The translations under genes and the position numbers were made by a program. A DNA stretch of 64,000 nucleotides from Podarcis filfolensis. Its lineage: Eukaryota. Shown here piece after piece: positions 10,637 through 22,600 of this stretch; within the stretch, counting starts at the first letter, position 1, and each line of letters opens with the position of its first letter. The notes below the pieces were generated by a model. It made no database searches. It had not been told where the DNA came from and saw nothing but the letters and a program-made list of their open reading frames with translations. The stretch lies in NCBI GenBank assembly GCA_964270895.1, contig OZ185445.1; one strand, 5' to 3'.

Positions 10637-13600
10637 CTGTTTCGTACACTATCCCCACAGAGAGCCAGCATGGTGTAGTGGTTAAAGTGTTGTATTAGGA
10701 CCAGGGAGAACAGAGTTCACCCAGCTGTGAAGCTGGGTCAGTCACTCCCTCTTAGCCTAATATGCTTCACAAGGTTATTAAGAGGATAAAATGGGAAGGG
10801 GGAGAATCTTGTATGACACCTTGAGCTCCTTGAAGGAAAGATGGGATATAAATGTGGCAACTCATTATGACAGTTTAAACTTTAGCTTAAAGCTATCGGA
10901 CAGAGTTGTTGCAAGGGTAAATTGTATAAGTGAAATAAACGGTGTAATTGGAACATTTTGCTCAAGGTACCACAGGAAATCATATTAGGAAGTGCGGGTA
11001 TTTCCATGGACAACAGTCCTGCACTGCCTCTTCTCCAAGCCATTTTTAAGGCTACCTCCTTCATTGTTCAAAGTCCACTATTTTGGAAGGAGAAAGTCTA
11101 CATGTACAGTGGTACCTCGGGTTACAGATGCTTTAGGTTACAGACGCTTCAGGTTACAGACTCTGCTAACCCAGAAATAGTACCTCGGGTTAAGAACTTT
11201 GCTTCAGGATGAGAACAGAAATCGTGCTCCGGCGGCACGGTGGCAGCGGCACGGTGGCCATTAGCTAAAGTGGTACCTCAGGTTAAGAACAGTTTCAGGT
11301 TAAGAATGGACCTCCAGAACAAATTACGTTCTTAACCCGAGGTACCACTGTAATGAATAGTACTTGGAGGGGTGGAACTAAATTAAATTGAAATGCAGCA
11401 AAAGTGTTTCAGCACTATTGTGAATGTGCTTTCTGAAACACAAGTGCCTTTGAGTTCAGTGGGACTTGCTCCTAGTATGCGAGTACAGTGGTACCTCGGG
11501 TTACATACGCTTCAGGTTACAGACTCCGCTAACCCAGAAACAGTTTCAGGTTAAGAACGGACCTCCGGAACGAATTAGGTACTTAACCCGAGGTAGCACT
11601 GTATAGTATTACGCTCTTAATCTGGACGCATTTCGTACAGTTGCAATATGTAATAAGTGCTGTTGTTGCATACTCCTAGCTGGGGCAACGCTGCCACTGA
11701 TTAGTATGGATAGGGCAGCGGAAGCAATGGGTTGGTGGTGGCATTCAGGGGTGCACGTAAGCGTTGGTCGGGTTGGCCCCTGCTAAGGACGCCGGCCCAT
11801 GAGGGCACAAAAATTGTGCCACTTTGAGTGGCTTGGAGCCCATAGCCGTCTTTCCTATTGGGCTTACTGGCGCGTTGCACCAGGGCGCTGGCCTCTCAGG
11901 GGTGCCCAATGAGTGGGGGAGCTGCGTGGCTTTGCCGGCGGCCTCCCCTTTCCCTGCATGCCCGCCAGCTGTGCCCCGTCAACCATATGGCTGGCGGGCG
12001 TGCAGCTTGCCTCCCAAGCCTCCGTGGGAGGAGAGCAATCCCCACAGAGGCTTGGGAAAAGGTCAACAGCTCTGGGAAATGGAGGGGGGCAGCGTGCCGG
12101 AGGGATCTTTGCACCACGGCGCCAGATACGCTTAAGACAGCCCTGTCAGAGCCCATCTGTGCTCTCTTTTCTGAGCGGCTGGGCAAGACCTGCAGGCTCC
12201 TCTGGGTGCCTTTGCAATACAATCCAGTCACTTGCTGGGGGCCCCTCCCCAGTGGGTGGTGGTGCTGTTAGAAGTGTGAGGGCTCAGATGGAAGAAAGAA
12301 GAGGCAGGGTGAGAGTTGCAGGAGGAGGAAAAAGGAAGGGAGGGAGGAAGAAGGCAGAAGGGAAAGCAGGAACCAGAGGGAGGGAGGAAAGCAGGCAGAG
12401 GGACCAATGGAGGAGGAGGGGAGGTGGTGCAGAGCAGACCCAACTCTAATGGCCAAGGAGGAAACAACTGGCAGAGTGCAATAGGTGATGAAAAGCAAAG
12501 TTTTTGAATTTTGGGTCCATGGTCTCTCCTGGCTTCAGAGGAACCAATATATCTCCTCAGTATATCTCTTCAGAGGGGTGGTGCTGATACATCTCCTTGC
12601 CAAGGTCACAAAGGAGCCTAGATACACCCTGATAGCAGTGGGCCTAAGCACATGTGCATCACCAACCTGTCCTTCCTCATCCCAGTCTTGGCAAACAGCA
12701 GCTTTGCGGATGGTACAGTGGCAATTCCCTCACATGCCACAACTAGTTTAAAAATGATTTAGGCTGCAGTTATATGCACATTTTCCAGGTAATTAATCTC
12801 ACGGAAGGCTTTCTTCTGAGTAGACATTCAGAGGATAGGGCTATTAATTTAAAAGGTCTCTAAAGTGATAAATAGTTCATTTCAGTTCATTAATTACATT
12901 AGCCATTGGCTAGCCATATCAGATTTTTTTAAAGAAATGGTTTGAATGGATACAGATTACACCCAAGATCATAGAGCAAATGACATTCTCAAATGAATCA
13001 CTGTCTTGAAAACAGTAGCAATAGATTCCAAATTATTTCTGGGAAACAATATTTAGTGCCATTAATGGATTTGCCAATCTTAATTGTGTATTGGAAGTGA
13101 GCCTGTTTTAAGATTTCTGCAGTTTGGTTTGCAGTCAGTAGGCACTTTAGTTTGTTTGTTGAATCAGCTACTTTAAAAATGAACTTCAATAGACGTTAGG
13201 TTTCTCCCATGGAAAACATGATAGTTAATGTGCAGAGTAGTAATTTAGCTGTGAGGGAGCTAATTGAATACGTATTATGTTGATTTGTTATTGTTTTTAA
13301 ATTAACATCTGTGAGAGCTGTCCTCATTTGCTTGGCTTTGCCTACTAAATTTATTCTATAAGCACTTTGGGCATGGTGTTCCTCCCTTGTACTAATTTCT
13401 GTTAGTGTTATTTTGAAGCAGGAATGATAAAGGCTAATCTTTTAAAGATTTGTTGGTATAATAAACAATACCTCATTTCATCAAGTTTGGATGATTTTCA
13501 TGTTCTTCCTTGAGAGAGGCTTATGAGGCCCCCATTGCTGCACCAAGGAGGCTGAGTGCACAACACAGCACCTAGCAGAACTATGGCAAGGCACTCATAA

Positions 13601-16600
13601 GCATGGGCATAGGGACTGGCATGTACCTGTGAGCTCTAGAGTCTACTTCCATACAGAGAGGGCCAGCTCTGCAGCCTGTCCAGTGTATGCAAATCTATGG
13701 ACTAGATTATGTTCTTTCTTAGCTGCTAACTTTGTATCAAAATTTACTTCTTTACTTGCAAGTAAATGCCTCTGTGGTTTCGTCTTGGGCGGGAGCCAGA
13801 ATAGTCCTCTCTTGCATTGGGCACCCTATACACCCTTTACATAAAAGGCCTTCCTACAAAACGTTTTCAAAGAATGTTTAAAATTTCAAAGAGGAGGAGG
13901 CTTACTTCATTTCCACTAGCAGGGAATTCCATAATAGACATAGAGGCTGCTGGAGGAAATGCCCTGTTTCTTGTACTCGGCAGATGAGGCTAATTTAATG
14001 GGAGAAAGGGTAAAAACCACATGGAGATTTGGACTCTTGGTCAGTTCTGGTCAGTTCTGAAACAGCCAAACTCCCTGCCACTAACATCAAACTAACTCCA
14101 CTAACATAGGAGTCATCCTTTCTACTTTGCTTAATATCTTCTAAATGTTCAGTGCTCCTGCTTTTGTATGAAAAGGTACATAAGAAATTTGTTATCTTTC
14201 TAAGTGATTAAAGTGTCCAGGCAGCATTAACCATAATTGATCTGCTGTGGCTTCTTAAATAAATCTAAGAAGGTTAAGTAAATATAAATGTGTATATTTT
14301 ATTTTAGCTGGAATATTTTATGATACAAAGCTTGAATCAGAAATCTTCTGAAAAAATGAAGAAAAGGAAAAAAAGCCATAAGTGCCATGGAGTTAAGCCA
14401 CCTCAACTTGATCAGCCAGGTATAATTTCCAACAGAGCACATCTAAGTGACGGGAGATGGAGGGAGAATTTATCAATTTTAAAGCCTCCTGGCCTGCGCT
14501 GTCAGGGGTGGGGGTCTTCTTTTTATGGTTCTTTTGAGTGTGTTTTTGACAAACCCTCCCATTTCAATGGAAGAGAAACTAACACAGTAGTTCTATACTT
14601 GTGTAGTTGATGGGTTTGATCCTAGGATCACTCAGGGGGATGGAGGGCTCTGGTAGACCATAGGCTGCCCTATCCCTGGAATGCCCTGTTTTGGGACTAA
14701 CTCCTGGCAGGCTTGCTGCAGCAGAGGGGCTTCAGGGCCTAGAGGAAAGTACGAGTTACAACAAATAATTATAGTACTGGTGCCAGTATCTGAATAGAAG
14801 CCAGCTGTAAGTTCTCTGGCACCTAACAGCTTTTATTATTCATGCTCCACTGGTATTATTTTCCACCCCACCCCACATCCTCTACTGGCCAGATGGCAAA
14901 AGGGCCCTGGCCCATAATGAGGAATCAGGTGAGTTTCTTGAACTCTGATTACGTTAAGTGCATGGCTGCTGTCAAAAATGCTGTGTAGCTCCTCAGACTC
15001 CTCTGGCATCTAGTACAATTTTCCCTGACATCAGAATGTTCTGCATTTTTTTCACTATTACAAGCAGTTGCTGGTGATGTTCAGTATAAAACGTAGTTTG
15101 GCCTTTGTGACTATGCAGCCTTTTATCCTCACAGTCCTTTGGCTATATCGTTTAAAAGAACTGAAGTTCAAGCAATTCTCCAATGATTAATTTCAGAAAC
15201 ATCTAATTTTTTAGTAAATGTTTTTACAATTTGTATTAACTTGAGAAGTTAGAGAAACTGGGCTTCCTTTGATGGCCAAAGTGTAGTAAAGAGAAATGTA
15301 TTTAGGGCAGTTAGGAAAACGCTGTTATGTCCTCATTTAATCCAGTCCCAGGGAATAAAAATGCTTTTGTTTGCATTGTGCCTAGTGCAAATTTGTAGTT
15401 ACAAACAGTTTATTCATGATTTCTATTTTTTTGGTTTTGTTTTAGAAAAAATGCCAATTTTAAAAGGTGAAGCCTCGCATTATGACTCCGATTTACATAA
15501 CCTGCTGTTCTGTTGCCAGTGTGCAGATGTGGTATTTTATTCTGAAGACTTGAAGGAAGTAGCAGAAGCTCACAGGATTGTTCTGTGCTCTGTTAGCCAT
15601 GTGTTCATGTTACTCTTTAATGTGAAGAGTCCAGCAGACATTCAGGATTCCTCCATCATTCGAACTGCCCAGACCCTCTTTGCATCAAATCGGCAAGCTG
15701 TGCTTCCTGTTTTAAACCACAACTCATCATGCAACTCACCAGTAAGAGTCATTGTTAAAGACTCTTTCTTCTGTTCTTGTTTGTCAGACATTCTGCACTT
15801 CATTTACTCAGGTATCCTGTCAGAATGGTTCTGGCTGTTTTTTTGTCTTTTAGCAAGAAAGAGCTAACCTACTGCAATGGGGCTGCATACCATCTTGCTT
15901 CTCATTGTTGTAATAAATCTGCACCTGAACTTAACCACTTCAGACTTGAAGTAGATGCGTACAGATTACTAGCATGTCAGGGAGTAGACTATCTGAAAAC
16001 TTTTCTTCCAAATGTCTGGTGTTCTTTTATGTAGGGATTTTTTTTTAATGAAGGAGATTTCAGTGGGAAGTGTAAATGTTGCCAGAACTTTTGTTTGCAC
16101 AATTTAAGTTGGTTGGGCACCAGACTATCCTGTTCTCATCATCTTTGTTGTTTTCTGATTATTACATATTTTAAGAACTTTTGCTGAATAGTGGTGATGG
16201 AGGAAAAGTGATATTGATGACCAAACTTGGAGATGATAGACTTTGGCACTTGGTTACTCTACTAAGGAGGTGCAATAAAGCAATCCACCAAGCTATTTCA
16301 GTCAAGAGCCTTTGAAGAAGGAAATAAAAAAACAAACAAAATGGAAATAGTGCAATGGCACTCTTTGGTGGATTGTACCCAATTTTACTGCCCTAAGATT
16401 CCTTAAACTTAGAGTGTTGCTGTCTACACATGGAGTTCTTGCTCTTGAAAGGACTGTTCCTTTCAGTGTGTTTGAGGACAACTCCAGTCACATGCCTGTT
16501 GGGTTTATTGCACTAGGTGGGGATGCCATATTCTCCAGGAAATCTGTTTATGCATCAAAACCCATGCAGAACTCTGAATCTAGGTGTCATGTCTAAACGT

Positions 16601-19600
16601 GTATTTTCTTCCAAGTCTGATGCTGAAATGTTGTTGTGTATGTGTGCATTGAAGGATGCAACTTCACAACCTTTGCAAGGCCAGTTGTTCAAGGACAAAC
16701 AGATTCCTCCTCTCCAGTTCTAATTATTTCTTTATTTATAAGTCAGGAACTGGGGAGGTAGTTTTGTCACTTCTTGTCATTCACACCATAGGGATGTCTT
16801 ATTAGTGCCGATGACACCCACATTACTAACATCAGGCACAATAACAGTGACTTTGCTATTTGGGCATGTGGAGAGGCAAGGTTTTCCTTTTCCCAGGTAC
16901 CAAATATAGTTCTTTCAGTGATACAAAAATCAGTGTCCCTGCGGCAGAAATGTCACCCTCTGAGAAGATGCTTGGGTTGTGTGCAGCACATATTGGTAAT
17001 AACTGCATTTCTGGAGCTAAAAAAACTGATAGTCTGAGAGGAGCCATAGCCTAGAAGTATTGTTTATCTCATCTCCACAGGTGCTTTCCAATGGGAACTA
17101 TTAGAAGAACATATCAAAAAGAAGCTGAAGGATCTTGGGAACGTTGAGCTTGTTCTTGAGAGAGTAAAATGTATCTTGAAAATTCCAGGAAAGGTAAGCC
17201 ACATTATTTTATCTTTCAGTTGCACTTATTGGATTGCAAAAAGGACCAGATGGAGTGGTTTGGATCCCTTAGATACAATATTTATCAATAAAGGGTGTTA
17301 AGTCCAAATGACTCACCATTAAGTTCAGTATTAGTTAGGCTATAGAAATAGGGGAAGATGGTGAATTCAGCAACTGGAAACATTATATACTTTTTGAATA
17401 TGTGGATTTAATAACTCACGGAAGAGGATGGCAGAGTATTCAAAAACAATCCTTATTAAACAATTATTTCTTTATTAATATTCTTCCTAACAATGAAAGA
17501 GTTTAAAATACAGCTATGGGAAGCTTAAATGCTAACAAGTGTCAGGTTTCAAAGGGGAAAATATTTGGTTCATATAAGGGAGCAGTACTTTATTTTGTTT
17601 ATGAATGTTGATGCAGAAGCAGCCCTGCCATCCCACTAGGTGAAGTAGCTGTCTCAGGCTGCCAGCTTTTGGATACCTTTAAGAGAGACACACTCATCTG
17701 ACCCAAGGCTGGGACACAATGTGCATGGGTGGTCTTTTGCACAACAAGATAGGTGCAGGATAACTTTGTGATGGATTGTGCCCCATGGTCAGAAACAAAG
17801 TGTCGTGTTCAGGATTCTATGTATGCGTAGGAGAATGTTACATTTATTTTTGCAACCTCTCACCTTGATCTTCCTAATATTAGGTGTCTAGCTAGAGGAA
17901 CATCCCAAAAGGTGAGGGGCTAGGGTCTGCTACTGGCGAGGAAATATTGATTACTACCCTGTGTCAGAATTATGGTCTGTGGGACGCTATATGCATCCCT
18001 GGGGGGGGGGGAGCTTACAGTGGCAGGCTACATATTTAGAGTAAGAACCATTGTGAGATCTCTATTTATGGTAGTAGAAATGAAAATGGAGGAAGAGCTT
18101 TTGAAAGTGTGCAACAGATGTTGCTGATCAGTTGTGAACGAAGTGAAAAGAACAGGCTCTGTGGTTTCATATCATTTGCTACAAAAGCAGGAACAAAGGT
18201 AGGCACTTAAAAAGCATTGGCACTCACATGTTCCCCTTTCTTTTCCTTTTTCAGGTTAACAGTTCAAGAAATTGCAGAACATATTTGTCAAAAAGGCCCC
18301 TGCAGTTATGTAACAGCTCTCTCAGGCTCTTCTTTAACACAACTGTATTAGCTGATGTCATGTTCAAGATACAAGGTATTAAGCTTATCTCATTTGTTTC
18401 CCCACCTTTTCCCTTTAAATAGTCAAACAATAATAAAATACCTCCTGGTGATAAATTGAATAACTATTTCAATAAAAATGAGTGGCACCATCAATATGCT
18501 TTCATGATCTATAATATGAGGGAGAATTCAATATGTAAGAGCCTATCATAAGAAGAGCCTGCTGGATCAGGCCAATGGCCCATCTAGTCCCGCATCCTGT
18601 TCCCACAATGACCAACTAGATGCCTGTGAAAAACTTGCAAGCAGGATTCGAGCACAAGAGCACTCTTCCCTCCTGTAGTTTCCAGCAATATTTATTATAG
18701 TGTTGCGAAAATGTTTCAAAGCCAGATGTATGATAGGAGAGGGGGGAATCTCATTTGATATTTGATTATATTGCAAAATCCCAATTACAGCAGTGCCTTT
18801 AGTAGGCTGTCTAAAATAATCACAAAATAGTTTCAAAGCTTCCAGGTCTCCCAGAACTTTTCAGCAGGCTAGATGGTTAAAACAGAGAAGTGGGATATGG
18901 GAAGGAGGAAACATTTTTTTAAAGCTGATTTTAAAGTCATGGAGCCTGTACAGTTGAACCACGGTTGTCAAATGTAATCCATTCTGGAAGACCATTGGAC
19001 TTCTGAAACATTCGACAACCGAGGTGCAATTGCCAGTTGGCAAAACCCATTGAAAAAATGGAGAAACGCACCTTGGAAGCCATTCGACTTCTGAGGCATG
19101 TTTGAAAACAGAAGCATTCACTACTGAGTCGTCAGAGTTAGAAAACCGAAACTTTCTACTTCCAAAGCTTTTGACAACCGAGGTTCCGCTGTATCTGATC
19201 AAAGTCTCAAAACAATGGGGAAGGAGGTAGTATGAGAATGGTTAGGGTCCAGCTGGGAAAAAGAATCATAAATGCGGCTGATACCTGATCCCTCAAAACT
19301 CAGGAATTGTCTGTTATACAGGTCTGTCTCCAACCTTAGGCAAAACACACAGGTTTCTTAGTAGGTGGAAACCACGACGCAGGCCTGTTATAGCTTCTGG
19401 GCTTGACAAGGCATCTGACCCTCACCTGAGCCTTCTCCAGCCAAGGAATCACACACCTCCTCCCTGAGCTAGCGAGCCCCACTTGGACTGTGGGTCCTTG
19501 CCTGCCTTCCCTCAGAGCTGACAGCTGTAAGTTCTGGAATCCTGAGATCAGGGGTGGTACGTCCTATTTTGCCACTTAAGGCTAAACAGGAAGTGCCACA

Positions 19601-22600
19601 CTGTTCTGCCACACCACCAGTGGGACACTCACCACCACTTAGCCACCTGCTGGTGGCACTGCAGCTGTACCACCAGCCGTGTCACCGCTTGTGGAGAAGA
19701 AGTGGTGGCATTGGTCCGTGAAAGAGCTTGCAAGATCTCTCTCAGATCTCAAGAGATATTTTGCACTCCTAGACATCTTTCAAGACTTTGCTGAGATCTC
19801 GCAAGATCTCGCAGGAAATCAGCACCTATCCTGGCACCACTTCTCGGCCAGGACGCAGGCCTTATATTAGTGAAGGTGAGAGCCACATAGCGCCTAAATA
19901 GCCTCATGTTAATGTCTGTTAGTGTCTCTCCCCCCCCCCCATTCCATTGTAAGACTATGTCCAGATTCAAACTCCATGTTTTCAACAGCAACCAAACAAA
20001 CAAAAAGAAATCACCCACCTGTCCCCACATTGCTCTGTTTACCATCTAGCTTGATGAACAGTTCTGTAAAACTCAAAAACTTGCAATTCTAACTTGTGCT
20101 ATTTTGGTTGGCCTATATATTGGCCTAATTTTCTTATAAGCCAACACAGCTGCCTTTACAGATGATACTGGCATTTCTTCATTTTTGCCTTGCCAGTCAT
20201 GGACCTTTATTTGCTGTCCTGTGTACTATTAACAGTGCCTCATCTCATTGACTTCAGTGGGATTTAAGCAGGATTTTGTACAGAAGTGCAAGCCTTAACT
20301 ACTTCTATGCCTATACCCAGACAGGAGTAGTGGCAAGAATCAGAAGAATCTTTATTTGCATCAGCCACTAGCCATAGCAATAAAATAAAATGTACTGAAG
20401 AAAGAGGTAAAAACTTAACTATACCAAATACATTTTGGAGGTTTACATCACTAATCAAATAATAGATCTTATTCTAGTTGCCTCCGCTAAAAACCTTGCA
20501 GTTTTTGCTGCAAGTAGTGGCAAGTATTTTTGATCAACTTCAAACTTCTGCTTGCACAGGATTAAAGAGTTGTTTAATTATTTTGCTTTCAGCTTTGAAA
20601 AGCCACAGCCAAGTCTGAATCTCTATGAACTAGGCACATGCGTACAAGGGAATTCTTTTCTAGATGCCGCCTTCAGAGAAAACAAACAGTCCTTTGAAAG
20701 GAGAACAAAATACAAATGCACAGCTTGGTGAGACAGACAGCTCAGTTCTAAGGGCTACTCTTTGGACAATTCTTGTAGGAAGTTGAGGGAACAATAGGTT
20801 TCATTGCTTGTCTCAAACAAATGCCACAGAGGAATATATTCATATTAACAAGAGTGCAACCATATATTACAAACAGAACACAATGAAAATGAATTTGTAC
20901 TTTTTAAAGTGTTTTGTCTTTAGAGCTCAAAACACCTAATTTAAGAATGTACTGCACAAAAGAGAGTGCTGTTGTGTTTACCAGATTGCATCCAGATTTT
21001 TGTCAGGACACACAGATCAGTCCCTAAGACTTTTTAATTCCAGTAATAATAGGAGTACCTCTGAGGATGTGAAAAGTCCTATTCCTTCCTTACTGAAGGA
21101 TCCCAGGGATTAAACCAATAGTTCCAAGTTATAGAGCATGGCACTAAGACAGTTTTGATCCTGGAACAGTTATTTTAAAAAATGAGCCTCTGATTGTGCA
21201 TTTTAAATACTTAAATACTCATAAGTTAGGCCTAGAGAGGAATAAAATTATGGGTAAATGCCTCACCAGTGCATTATTTCTCTCATACTGCTGCAGATCA
21301 ATGTATTAGAAATGTGAAATGCTGGAGCCATTTAGAAGTCTTTCTATTGCAGAGCAAATGTCACTTTGCTTCTATCAGTGCTTTTTTCAAAGAATTAAGC
21401 CCTATTCAGGCATTTTATTCAAAACTGAATTGATCATGTGAGGAAAGAGTGGGGCTGCAGCAAACAAGAACATAACTCTGCCCCTGATACCAGTGCTGAG
21501 TAGCCCTGCTCTCAGGCACCTCTGTCTACAGGACACCCATTGGCTGGGTGGGAATCTTTACTCAAATAGCTGAGTGCACAAGACAACAATGCCCATTTAC
21601 ACCACAAAGAACTCATAACCCACCTACTTTCAGCAGCCAGAAACACCATAACCAGACACTGGAGAGACCTGTCAGGAGTAAGCATGGACCAATGGTACCA
21701 AATAGTATGGGAAACAGCCCTACTGGAAAAATTAACTAATAAACTGAAACTGACACGGGGACAAACAGAAGAAGACACCTTCACCCCGGTATGGCTCCCC
21801 TTTATCACATACACAGCCCAACAAGACAATGACAATAATCCACCAACAGCATACAAATCAATATGGCTAACCTGATCCAAAACACCCACCCACCTCACTC
21901 ACACACAAAAACAAAGATCACCACAGCCAATCACAAACAAACAATCACACCCTACGCCAACCCCAAACTCTCTCACTACCAAAGGAACACAAGTGAACAA
22001 CACAAACAACGCTGACACCAAACTCTACATACACTAAGCATAATAGAAACACTGCCACCCGACCCCACCCCCATCCATCTTCCCTCTCTCCACCCCCCCT
22101 TTCTCTTTTCTTTCTTTTTTCTTCTCCCCCTAATGCCTCAACAAAGGAAACGGATTTGTAAAAATGTTACATGGGAAAAAAAAAATACGAGGCATTACAC
22201 TTCTGTAAAACAAGAAAATCCTAAATAAAATATTAAAAAAAAAAAAAAAAATAGCTGAGTGCACAAAGCCTTCTATACTATATGGAACCCTGAATAGTTA
22301 GGGTTGCAGATGATGTGGAAGCCTCTTGCAGACATTTGCGTTATACGCATGGATGCCATATTTACAGATTGGTGCAACAGATCACAAAGTTTCAGTGGGC
22401 AGCATTAATAGAAAACACACATACACACACACACACAGTCTTTTTCTTTGCTGGTGCAATAAATTACGGAATTTGGGTTCAGGCCAGTGTGCCATATAAT
22501 TTTAAGCATATTTACTCAAAAGTAAAACCTACTGAATTAAATTGGACTGATTCCCACAGTAAATGTGTAGAGGATTGTAAACTTAGGTGTACTGAAGGCA

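Noticed and set aside
10320-10658. 112-aa minus ORF with (YI)n
   Set aside because: Artefact of the (TA)n microsatellite plus the antisense of exon 4.
10958-11212. ORFs containing YSGTSG...RFRL (also 53852-54181, 56676-56891, 56888-57139, 63518-63718)
   Set aside because: Translations of the non-coding MITE; no transposase motifs.
11824-12507. Stack of overlapping ORFs up to 178 aa
   Set aside because: Low-complexity Gly/Arg/Pro peptides expected from GC- and purine-rich DNA; no domain or splice support.
21880-22030. A/C-rich stretch resembling mitochondrial DNA (NUMT)
   Set aside because: It lies between the L1 ORF2 stop and poly-A inside the TSD, so it is L1 3' UTR; no mitochondrial gene motif.
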